A stretch of DNA of 45,174 bases from Patescibacteria group bacterium (GTDB taxonomy: Bacteria; Patescibacteriota; Microgenomatia; UBA1400; PJMF01), in contig DASVCZ010000010.1 of NCBI GenBank assembly GCA_036381335.1, positions 1 through 45,174 of the forward strand, in the 5' to 3' direction. Positions 8,056-16,016 of this stretch are shown here, piece after piece (positions within the stretch are counted from its first letter, which is position 1; each line of letters starts with the position of its first letter). The notes beneath the pieces are model-generated. The model had not been told where the DNA came from and did not search any database. It saw only the letters and a list, made by a program, of their open reading frames with translations. Both the position numbers and the translations under genes were made by a program.

Positions 8056-8439
8056 TTAAAAAAAACGCGCAAGTCGGTTTTTCTTCAGCCATGCGATGCC
8101 TACGCCCACCATATCGAAGCCAATGTCCATCAGCGCCGGATGCCGGCCAGGAGTAAATGATTGATGGAGCTCGTCTGAGAGAGCGTAGACAAAACAAAGA
8201 GCGATCGGCCAGACTAAGAGCTGACGTGGAGAGAAAGCGTTGAGAAGCATAGCTCGGTAAATAAGGAGGTATAAGACCGCGTACACGGTCACGTGGGCCA
8301 GTTTTTTAAAGGCAAAGTCGAAGAGATTTGTCTCCATGCTGGGTAAAGTACTTTGATTGGATAAGAAGAAGATCAAGCCGGCCCAGAGCAAAGGCGGCAG
8401 ATAGGTATGAACTGTTTTCCACATAAAGGCAGGAGGCAA
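8056..8439 (-). CDS. VanZ-like family membrane protein
   Basis: The 127-aa protein has 4 TM segments. KLAHVTVYAVL and SDELHQSFTPGRHPALMDIGFD are typical of VanZ-like proteins. Confidence 0.6.
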   Translation of the reverse strand: MPPAFMWKTVHTYLPPLLWAGLIFFLSNQSTLPSMETNLFDFAFKKLAHVTVYAVLYLLIYRAMLLNAFSPRQLLVWPIALCFVYALSDELHQSFTPGRHPALMDIGFDMVGVGIAWLKKNRLARFF

Positions 8440-8443
8440 AAAG

Positions 8444-9670
8444 TTACTTTATAAATGACAGGATGTTGAAGCCAAGTTTTTTAAGCAATAACCAAGTACT
8501 GGAACTACTGATCAGCACTCCTCCCATTATAACAGAGCTAGCTCCAGGAATGTTGGGCTCAGGAGCGGAGATGTGAGCTAAAGGAGTGGGTAGGGAAGCG
8601 GTGAGGGCAGAAGTCGCGAGTTGGGGCAGGTAAGAAGTGGGCAGCCAGCTGAGGTTAGAATCAGTGCTGGTGGATGAAGCAGGGAAAGAAGAGAAGTACC
8701 CAGTATCATCAGTCAGCCGGTTGAGGGGAGTGGTCGAGAAAGAGGTGGTTGAAGAGCTAGGCGAAGGTGAAGCAGAGGAGGATCCGATTGGTGTTTGCCA
8801 CTGGCCATTCACTTTTACCAAAGGTTCACCCTTGGTGCAGCTGGTATAGTTTTCTTCCCAAGCGATGGTACCATCAGGAGCTTCGAGAGTCAGCGTGTCG
8901 CCAGTATTATTTAAGCGGCTGCTCGACAGCTCGGTCACCAGATGACTGTGGGCGGCAATTGACTCACCACTCCACTGCTTGATGGTGGCAGAAGCATCGT
9001 GGAGCTGCCAGCCGGTGAGATTCACACTAGCACTGCTATCGTTAGAAAGCTCGATCCACTCAGGTTCACCCGTCTCAGGGCAAGCCATAATTTTGGCCAG
9101 AGAAATGCTGGAGGTGGGGTAGCTGGTGGGAATGGGTGAAGGAGAAGGCGTAATGGTAGGAGACGGGCTGGGGCTGACCAACGGACTGGGTGATGGCGTG
9201 GGTGGGGGGTTGCTGGTGTTTTTGGTGGGTGGGCCGAGCTCCCAACTACCAGTCACCCAGTCGCTAGTTAGATATGACCACGACTGACCACTCTCACTGC
9301 TGGGGTATGACATGGCGCTTATCGTGGCGCCCTCCGCATTTTTGAGTGTCACCCCGTCTGCGGCGTTATTAAGTTTAGCCGTGGTCAATTCAAGGAGCAG
9401 ATAACTACCTGGCTCAATGACCTGGGTGGTCCATTGAGTAATCAGGGAAGGAGTCGTCAACTGGTCTTCGAGGGTCCAGCCAGCAAGATCAGCCGACGTC
9501 GATGAAGCGTTATAGAGCTCTATCCACTCGCTTTCTCCAGTGGCTGGCGCGGGATAGACTTCAGTGATTATGACTTGGGCATTAGCCGCTCTGGCGAGCA
9601 GGATTAAGTAGATAATGGCGGCCAGCATGAATAAAACCAGCGCTTTGTAGGTAGAGGTATCGAATGGCAT
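8444..9670 (-). CDS. Secreted/anchored protein with two lamin-tail-domain (LTD)-like repeats and P/S/T-rich linkers
   Basis: There is an N-terminal signal/TM segment. The module is repeated twice: ITEVYPAPATGESEWIELYNASSTSADLAGWTLED and IMACPETGEPEWIELSNDSSASVNLTGWQLHD. PSPSP linkers and a C-terminal TM are present. The ATG lies 6 nt after the -10-like hexamer of motif copy 2. Confidence 0.6.
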   Translation of the reverse strand: MPFDTSTYKALVLFMLAAIIYLILLARAANAQVIITEVYPAPATGESEWIELYNASSTSADLAGWTLEDQLTTPSLITQWTTQVIEPGSYLLLELTTAKLNNAADGVTLKNAEGATISAMSYPSSESGQSWSYLTSDWVTGSWELGPPTKNTSNPPPTPSPSPLVSPSPSPTITPSPSPIPTSYPTSSISLAKIMACPETGEPEWIELSNDSSASVNLTGWQLHDASATIKQWSGESIAAHSHLVTELSSSRLNNTGDTLTLEAPDGTIAWEENYTSCTKGEPLVKVNGQWQTPIGSSSASPSPSSSTTSFSTTPLNRLTDDTGYFSSFPASSTSTDSNLSWLPTSYLPQLATSALTASLPTPLAHISAPEPNIPGASSVIMGGVLISSSSTWLLLKKLGFNILSFIK

Positions 9671-9676
9671 ACCCCG

Positions 9677-9712
9677 AGTCTACAGGCCTTTGGTGGCAAG
9701 AAGGTGGCAAAA
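9677..9712 (-). promoter_or_regulatory. Conserved 20-mer plus -10-like TAGACT (copy 2 of 5), immediately upstream of the LTD gene
   Basis: The minus strand reads TTTTGCCACCTTCTTGCCAC (9712-9693), then a 10-nt gap, then TAGACT (9682-9677), then CGGGGT, then ATG at 9670. Confidence 0.6.
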
Positions 9713-9743
9713 CGGGAGCAAAATGAAAATTGCTACAAGAGAC

Positions 9744-9977
9744 TTAAAGTTTTTTCAGCTCTAAGCATTTTTTAAGTACTGATTCAATAGGTTCAACAGT
9801 AGTAGTTCCTTGTTCGAGATTATTAACGGTATAGCTTGAAGTTTTGAGACACTCATCAACAGCCAAATTGTTCATCTCAATTTTTTTGAGATTTAAGTAT
9901 TGGTAGATACCATAACCAACAGAGCTAACTAGAATTAGAGAAGCAATGCTTAGTAGAAATAACGAAAGTTTAGACAT
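9744..9977 (-). CDS. Small membrane-anchored hypothetical protein
   Basis: The 77-aa protein has an N-terminal TM (LSLFLLSIASLILVSSVGYGIY). Its start overlaps the upstream stop (ATGTCTAA) and it shares the AT-rich composition of the upstream gene. Confidence 0.5.
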   Translation of the reverse strand: MSKLSLFLLSIASLILVSSVGYGIYQYLNLKKIEMNNLAVDECLKTSSYTVNNLEQGTTTVEPIESVLKKCLELKKL

Positions 9978-12900
9978 GTGCGTCTTTCTTAAAATTTTTT
10001 CTTAGTAAGATTAAAATACCTATTAATAATATCAGTAAAGAAGCAAGCGATACAAGTTCTGGGACATATACAATGATAACTTTTCCTTGACCAGAAATTT
10101 CCCAAGCATTTGCCCAATTATTATATTTTAGATGAGGAAGCAAGCTATCTTTGAATGCTACCCACCCGTCGTCATAAGACTGATCCAATACGACTAAGCA
10201 GTCACTTTCAGGATAATGACAAACGTAATTCACCACATAGATGGAGTCAAACCAAACATCTACAGAGTTGATCGTCGCTTCACTGTAGAGAGACGAAACA
10301 CTGTTATTGTTTTCTAACCGTAGTTGAGCAATTTGAGTTAAAGGAAATGTTCCTATTTTGATATGGTGTAATTGATTACTGCTTTTTTTACCAAATGACC
10401 GAGTTTCCCAGTTGAGATGAAAACCTAACCGATTGTCATAAGATACTTGTGGCAGAGAGAAAAAGACGTTGTAATTTTTATCCTGCAGTAGATAGTCTTC
10501 AGGAAGTATTTCAGGATCACTATAGTTAACAAAGAACTTGATTCCTCTTCCCTGAAGATTACTTCCCTGAACATTTAAGATATATGAAGCAGCCGAAGAC
10601 AGATAATCAAAGTCATAACCATTACAATTTACACCGTATCTGTCTGCTGAGTATTCAATAATGGTGTCATTAACGTTGGTAACAATGGAACCTCTTTGGG
10701 GTTCAGCACAATTATCTGAAGGATTTTTTTCTAAATTAGCACTGATAATAGGAAACTCCGCAATCACTGTCAGCAGCTCTTCACCTACTAGGGTTAATAC
10801 GATGTCCTTTTTCAATTGGTTCCAATCAACAGGTAAAGTGGTGATAGTTTCAAAGTCTAGTTTTGACCCATCAATTGCTCCATAAGCAGTAAATGGAAGT
10901 TTTGGGGGTCGAACTGTGTATTTAAGATCAATGTTTTGTTCTTGGGGAGTAGTCAGCACAGGGTAAATAGTTTCACCTTGTTTAATAAAAATGGCAGTAC
11001 TATTAAAGAAAAGAATTAAAGCTTCTTCTCTTTCTGGTGTGCCGAAGGTAATGTCAGTGATTTTAGGAAGCTCAATACTTTGATTTTTGGTTTTAAGAAC
11101 AACACTAGGAAAAGTAATGGTAACTGTTTGATCTTCATATTTTATTTCTGCGGGTGTGGTATACGTATGGTCATTATGACCTGGCAAAGTCAGTTGATAA
11201 GTGCCTTTAGGAACCTTGCGTGTTACCTCTACAGCATTATTTTTAAAAGCAACACCAGATAATTCTCGACTTAGCAGTGAGGAAAAGGGATAAATAATTT
11301 GCGCATTGGTAGGCTCACTCACTACGTAGTCACCCCCATCTTGTTGAGCAATATCTACTTTAACTCGGTCTGCTGTGACAGTTGTTTTGATGGCACTAGG
11401 TGGAGCAAAAGCTTCAGCTTCTTTATTTGCTGATTCTCGCTCGTAGATTGTCAAAAAATCTTTTTGCCACACCTGTTTTAAACCAGCCTGTTGGACTATC
11501 TCATAATCTAACTCGTAATCATGCTCAAAGTGGGGAGTAATTTTAGTTTCATCGATGATAATTAAATCAATGCGGTATTTATCCAATAATTGTTGAAAGT
11601 GATCAGAATCCTTACTGTCTAAGGCATACTTAAGCTCGTGATAAAAGAAATCTGAACTTTCTGCCCAACGATCGGAATCACGATTAACTAAAGCTTGAGG
11701 CATACCAAAAAAGTAAAAACCCATTCCCTGATAGCCATTACCTTCACCCAAAAATTGCCAGTCATAGTATTCCCAGCCAGCATGCGAGAGCTGAGGTAGT
11801 TGGAGAGTGCGAAGGTTTCTATCTCGAGAGGAAAGATAAGAAAACATTTCTTGATACTGTTCTGGAAAATCTACTCTTAACCTTTCACTAAGCAAGTGAC
11901 CTTGAAATGACGGCCAGGCTGAATAAATCAGTCCACTCCCCAAAATAAGTATGAAAGAGAGTGAAATACTGTGATGTACCCATGAGGAAACGCTCTTCTT
12001 AAGCTGAAGCAAAAGTGTTTCAACCACGTTGATCATGAGCAGAACAGATGCCAAAGAATAAAGGATCGAAAGCTTGGTGAAAGGATTTCTAAATGCTTCT
12101 AAAAATGAGCCATTATGGTACAACCAGTTAAAAACAAATGAGGTGGGCAACAAATCAATCCAAATGAAGGCCGTGCAAAAGAGATACAGCAGGATAATAG
12201 CCCACTTAATGGAAGATTTCTGGCCATCTGCCATTGAGGTAAATAACCCGGCCACAGTCATTAATCCCAAAGCGTAAAGTACACCTTGAACGAGTGAAGA
12301 AGACAAATGCGCTTCCCAGTCATTGAAAATAAACTCAAACTGCTTGTTTTCAAAAGAATAGTCTTTCCAGGTAAATAAGTATTGGGTTCCTTTTAAAAAG
12401 TTAGCTATTGTTCCTGCCTCTCTAATACTCCAAACAGATTCTGGACCAAAGAGTTTGTTATCGTGGCTTTCTTGGACATAATGAGCATTGTGCAGGGTGT
12501 AGTACGCGTTAGGTAGGATCCAGTAAGCATTGCTGATAAATGTGATTCCTGCCACCAACAAACTGATCTTTAAAGCAGTAAAGACGCTTTTATTAAGTGA
12601 GGCAAAGAATGAGTATCCCACCGAGAAAAGGGCTCCCAAATAAAATAACGTTGGGGTATGACCACTGGGTGCGATCAGCAATTGAAGCACAATAAAAAGT
12701 AAAATACTTCGAGCAGTTATGTTCTTAACTAAGTAATGGATCGCCAACAAAAGAAAAGGCAAGTAAGCAAATTGAATAGTAAAGAGTTCAAAGGCAATAT
12801 AGAACTGTTGCAAAGTTAAGATATGAAGCAAATAGAATAAGGCTCCTAATCCCGCTAGCCAGTTTTTAAATTTTAATGAGTTATTGAGCCAGACTGTATT

Positions 12901-13257
12901 TAAGTAGCTATACATGCCAATTCCACCCAAAGTGTACATGCTAAAAATAAAGACATAGCGAATTAAGTGTGGGGGTAAAACTGCATCCAAGAAAAATAAT
13001 ATCGGTAAACGCGGGATTTCTGATAAATGGCCTAAGTTCATGGGTGAACCAAAAGAGGTGTGTTCTAACCAAGCACCAAAGAATACCTGCCGAGCGTAGC
13101 GAGGTAAATCAAATTCGCCATTAATGTTATCCCAACCAGAATAATGAGTGCCAGGAAGAATATTTTGGTAGGCAATAAAGAGAGCCACGCTAACAACTAC
13201 CATGAGGGGCAGGTAGTGAAAAAAGAGTCTAGTGGCAGAGCTCAACAGTTTTTTCAT
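9970..13257 (-). CDS. Very large (1095 aa) polytopic membrane protein with a big extracytoplasmic domain; possibly a GT-C-like glycosyltransferase
   Basis: It is a long uninterrupted ORF. The first 470 aa or so contain more than 10 predicted TM segments, followed by a soluble region of about 580 aa and a C-terminal TM anchor. I recognised no catalytic motif. Composition is noticeably AT-rich. Confidence 0.75.
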   Translation of the reverse strand: MKKLLSSATRLFFHYLPLMVVVSVALFIAYQNILPGTHYSGWDNINGEFDLPRYARQVFFGAWLEHTSFGSPMNLGHLSEIPRLPILFFLDAVLPPHLIRYVFIFSMYTLGGIGMYSYLNTVWLNNSLKFKNWLAGLGALFYLLHILTLQQFYIAFELFTIQFAYLPFLLLAIHYLVKNITARSILLFIVLQLLIAPSGHTPTLFYLGALFSVGYSFFASLNKSVFTALKISLLVAGITFISNAYWILPNAYYTLHNAHYVQESHDNKLFGPESVWSIREAGTIANFLKGTQYLFTWKDYSFENKQFEFIFNDWEAHLSSSLVQGVLYALGLMTVAGLFTSMADGQKSSIKWAIILLYLFCTAFIWIDLLPTSFVFNWLYHNGSFLEAFRNPFTKLSILYSLASVLLMINVVETLLLQLKKSVSSWVHHSISLSFILILGSGLIYSAWPSFQGHLLSERLRVDFPEQYQEMFSYLSSRDRNLRTLQLPQLSHAGWEYYDWQFLGEGNGYQGMGFYFFGMPQALVNRDSDRWAESSDFFYHELKYALDSKDSDHFQQLLDKYRIDLIIIDETKITPHFEHDYELDYEIVQQAGLKQVWQKDFLTIYERESANKEAEAFAPPSAIKTTVTADRVKVDIAQQDGGDYVVSEPTNAQIIYPFSSLLSRELSGVAFKNNAVEVTRKVPKGTYQLTLPGHNDHTYTTPAEIKYEDQTVTITFPSVVLKTKNQSIELPKITDITFGTPEREEALILFFNSTAIFIKQGETIYPVLTTPQEQNIDLKYTVRPPKLPFTAYGAIDGSKLDFETITTLPVDWNQLKKDIVLTLVGEELLTVIAEFPIISANLEKNPSDNCAEPQRGSIVTNVNDTIIEYSADRYGVNCNGYDFDYLSSAASYILNVQGSNLQGRGIKFFVNYSDPEILPEDYLLQDKNYNVFFSLPQVSYDNRLGFHLNWETRSFGKKSSNQLHHIKIGTFPLTQIAQLRLENNNSVSSLYSEATINSVDVWFDSIYVVNYVCHYPESDCLVVLDQSYDDGWVAFKDSLLPHLKYNNWANAWEISGQGKVIIVYVPELVSLASLLILLIGILILLRKNFKKDAHV

Positions 13258-13303
13258 AAGGAACTCTTTTATTCACTTGGGTGAGGAAATGAACAAAAGA
13301 GTT

Positions 13304-13327
13304 CCCCCCGGCTTTAGGGCCGGGGGG
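13304..13327 (-). terminator. Strong GC hairpin, possibly a terminator for the upstream minus-strand unit
   Basis: CCCCCCGGC (13304-13312) and GCCGGGGGG (13319-13327) form a 9-bp all-GC stem with a 6-nt loop. On the minus strand it is followed by AACUCUUUUGUU. Confidence 0.4.
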
Positions 13328-13570
13328 AGAAAGGCATACAGTTTCAATAACTCTTGCGCATGTCTCCTTGACTGCGTGAAATTAACCCTCGACATCACAC
13401 CAGGGATGCTCGCATATTTCAGCGGCCCCTTGGGTTTGGGAAGGCGGCTTCCACGCGGTGCCGGAGACACCGCTGGGGCTTCGCGCTCAAACTTAGTCCC
13501 AAGTTATTGATATTTAAAGAGGAGGCAGGTACTCTTTAATGCGCATTACCCCGCCTGCCCGGGGGATAGT

Positions 13571-14287
13571 TTAGTCTGTGTTGGTTTCAACCAACACGAA
13601 CTGAACCTGATCGTTCACCAGGTCGAAATCTCCGACGGTATAAGCCCCGTCGTTGACATCAAGAGCGATAAATGATCCACTATCACAGCCTGTTGCCCCG
13701 CAGTTCTTCCTTGTCATGGAGTTCCTCGCATTTTCTGCGAAGTATCCTTGTGCGAAGAATGCACTTGCCTGAACAGGCACGGCATAGATAGTTGCAAGTG
13801 CAGCTCCAGCAGTGTAATTGCTAAAGTTGCAAATGGTGTTTCTGTCTCCTGGGCCTTCATGGCGACCGCGGAGAACAAGTGCCCAAACGTGATCTTCAGA
13901 TGGTTCCTGAGTGATCGTAAAATCACCGCAGCTAACATCTCCTCCTGACCACCAGATCATCAAGTAGCCACTTTCGGGTAAAATGAGATCAGTGGTTTCA
14001 CCTTCGAAGAGTTCTTGCACGTCTCCAGCACCGGACCATACTGCACTCTCATTTGCCTCAGCATCTTCGTAACGAGCCGCAGAAAGTACTCCGCTCTCTG
14101 CGAACATCCAACATGCACCTGGAACAGTGCATGTGGTGGCGTTAGCCTCATTGAGCTGAAACTTGAGCGGAACAACTTGAATCGGTACTGGACCACTAAT
14201 GGTCCAACCTTCTTCTTGCGCCACGGCAGGTGCCGTGACGGCGGTGATAATGGTCACCGCCACCAGTAAAAAAGCTAAAACGCGCAT
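13571..14287 (-). CDS. Secreted hypothetical protein (Cys-containing, acidic)
   Basis: The signal peptide is MRVLAFLLVAVTIITAVTAPAVAQE. A good RBS (AAGGAG) lies 7 nt upstream of the ATG. GC content is higher than in the neighbouring genes. I recognised no family. Confidence 0.65.
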   Translation of the reverse strand: MRVLAFLLVAVTIITAVTAPAVAQEEGWTISGPVPIQVVPLKFQLNEANATTCTVPGACWMFAESGVLSAARYEDAEANESAVWSGAGDVQELFEGETTDLILPESGYLMIWWSGGDVSCGDFTITQEPSEDHVWALVLRGRHEGPGDRNTICNFSNYTAGAALATIYAVPVQASAFFAQGYFAENARNSMTRKNCGATGCDSGSFIALDVNDGAYTVGDFDLVNDQVQFVLVETNTD

Positions 14288-14621
14288 GAGATCTCCTTTT
14301 TGCGCTTATATCGATATAGCAGTTTTCGAGGACCTGCCAACCCCACTCCCCTCAAAATATACATTAAGAGGAAAGAGGCTAGCAGAATCCAACTACTTTA
14401 CGCAAAACGCAAAGGAGTTATTTCTGTATGCCTTGTTAAGGTACCCATCTCGCTCCGTCCGAAGACAAAGCAACATGTTTCCTTGGTGCTATCGTCGCTT
14501 AGGTCGTCGATTGGTCCAGTCAGCGAGTGACTAGCAATTGACGAGTCAGAGTCTCAATAGCCGTATGGGGACGAAGCTCGTCCTCACGCGGCTCGCGAGA
14601 ACCATAGGTACTGTTATGTAA

Positions 14622-15052
14622 GGGGGGAGATGGCGATTTCGATAGGTATATTGACCTAGGAGCAAGAGGTTTCCTCGGCCACCTGACCCCTAGTTTTATA
14701 TATCAAATATGTGCTAAATATATCAGAAAATAGCCTGGTTGTCAAGATTATAGGACGCAATCGTAATACGTCAGAACCTTAGAAACGCTGGTGCTTTAGC
14801 CTGGAAGACTAACATTGACAAATAGGCCTAAAAGCGATATAGTTTGATTATTCTCGGTGCACGGAAACACTATTCCGGAATCAATGCAGAAAAGGCTCTT
14901 GGAAACAGGGGCTTTTTTTATGCTTGCTTCGGAATTGTTTCGTAGTAAAATCTGGGCTGTAGCGTGAGGAAGGTGTTGTGTTCTGGTGAACACCATGCAC
15001 CGAGAATGCATCGATTCCATTTAGGAATAGAGTTCGATTCTCTCTCCTTCCA
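14622..15052 (+). ncRNA. ssrA: tmRNA (one-piece SsrA), CCA not encoded
   Basis: The 5' end GGGGGGA-GAUGGCGAUUUCGAUAGG resembles the tmRNA 5' consensus (GGGGCUGAUUCUGGAUUCGACGGG). The 3' end is TAGAG-TTCGATT-CTCTC (T-arm, 15028-15044) plus TCCTTCC (15045-15051), which pairs with GGGGGGA to give G3.U70, then A73. A PK1-like element CCUAGG..GAGGUUUCCUC..CCCCUAG follows the 5' domain. A weak terminator follows. The tag ORF is not confidently assignable. Confidence 0.65.
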
Positions 15053-15063
15053 CTACATCAAGA

Positions 15064-15094
15064 TCCCGACTTGTATGCCGGGGTTTTTGTTTTA
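15064..15094 (+). terminator. Weak intrinsic terminator after the tmRNA
   Basis: A CCCG(15065-15068)/CGGG(15079-15082) stem is followed by GTTTTTGTTTT. Confidence 0.4.
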
Positions 15095-15132
15095 AAATAT
15101 GATCTGGTCATAAAGTCTCACAAAGGAATAAA

Positions 15133-15594
15133 ATGCCTAAAAACCCAGAATTTCAACCCGGTCCTAGCCTCCTTCAAAAAGCTATTGCCATTAAAGAACA
15201 GATCGATGCTATCTTTGATCAAGAGAGCGGGGACCTTCATATGATGCTCTTTTCACCCTGGGGCAATGAGCAGCTCTCAGCTAACCTGGCTCTGAAAGCC
15301 GAAAAGATCGAAGCTGAAGGCGAACAACTGAAGAAATCTTCTCAAGAGCTCTGGGATGTGTACGAACAGCGGTATGGGACGTTAAACGACATGATGATCC
15401 AGGGGGAGATTACGCTGGAACTAGTGCTGGATAGTCCAGATAAGGCTGAAATCGAAGAATTTGTACAAACGTTAAGCACAGAACTGGGAATAACGCCCGA
15501 GTTAGTTCATGCTGAGGAATCAACTGAACACTTACTTGTCATTGGCATGAATTTGCCTTCGCATAATCATGTATACAAGATTGTGATTAGGTAA
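15133..15594 (+). CDS. Hypothetical acidic cytoplasmic protein
   Basis: 153-aa ORF with AAAGGAA upstream of the ATG. I recognised no motif. Confidence 0.5.
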   Translation: MPKNPEFQPGPSLLQKAIAIKEQIDAIFDQESGDLHMMLFSPWGNEQLSANLALKAEKIEAEGEQLKKSSQELWDVYEQRYGTLNDMMIQGEITLELVLDSPDKAEIEEFVQTLSTELGITPELVHAEESTEHLLVIGMNLPSHNHVYKIVIR

Positions 15595-15610
15595 GTGGTC
15601 TCTAGGGGAA

Positions 15611-15916
15611 TTAAGCAATCTTCTTGCTTAACGCAAAAGCACCCACACCGACAGTGACAACACTCGCCACCGCCACGGCAGTAATAGGATCTAACCCAGC
15701 ATTGGGTAGGTCAGCCACTTCGATCTTGCAGCGTTCTTCTTCAACTTCGCGTTGAGTTTGTTGGCCATAGGCACCTGATTCGGTGATAACTCGGGTCACG
15801 GTCACTTTTTCACATTCCTCTTCAGGTTCTGTGCCATCAGCTAAGACAGGAGTCACCATGCCAGATAACAGGCTCAGTGCTAATACTGTGGAAAGCAATA
15901 ATTTAACTAAGGTCAT
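15611..15916 (-). CDS. Small surface protein with an LPXTG-like (LPNAG) sorting signal
   Basis: There is a signal peptide (LLSTVLALSLLSGMVTPVLADG). The C-terminus has LPNAG, a hydrophobic stretch and a basic tail (SKKIA), the layout of a sortase substrate. Confidence 0.6.
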   Translation of the reverse strand: MTLVKLLLSTVLALSLLSGMVTPVLADGTEPEEECEKVTVTRVITESGAYGQQTQREVEEERCKIEVADLPNAGLDPITAVAVASVVTVGVGAFALSKKIA

Positions 15917-16016
15917 AGATATTTAATAGTAGGACAAAACTACTCTTTTTATAACGAACTGTATCATACAGCATGCTATATCCTCTGTCAACAATTATAA
16001 GGACGTGGAAAAAAGC

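Noticed and set aside
13232-13510. ORFs 13232-13510(+) and 13273-13470(-) lie in the GC-rich intergenic block.
   Set aside because: They are mutually antisense, lack an RBS, and have an Arg/Gly/Pro-rich composition typical of random frames in GC-rich structured DNA. I treated the region as non-coding.
14368-14375. The string GAGGAAAG resembles the CR-I core of RNase P RNA.
   Set aside because: It is followed by AGGCUAGC rather than UCCGGGC, and none of the other conserved RNase P regions is visible nearby.
14199-15020. ORFs 14199-14534(+), 14300-14530(+) and 14796-15020(-).
   Set aside because: The first two overlap each other and the start of the secreted-protein gene, in a promoter/spacer region. 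The third is antisense to the tmRNA. None has recognisable protein features.
14968-15052. This segment can be read as a class-II tRNA-Leu(GAG)-like cloverleaf. The parts would be GGAAGGT acceptor, GTGT/ACAC D-stem, ATGCA-CCGAGAA-TGCAT anticodon arm, ATTCC/GGAAT variable arm and a T-arm.
   Set aside because: Position 33 would be C rather than the near-universal U. The 7:66 pair is U-U, and the 8-10 spacing is irregular. The same T-arm and 3' strand pair perfectly (with G3.U70) with GGGGGGA at 14622, which is followed by a tmRNA-type 5' consensus. The segment is better explained as the 3' part of the tmRNA.
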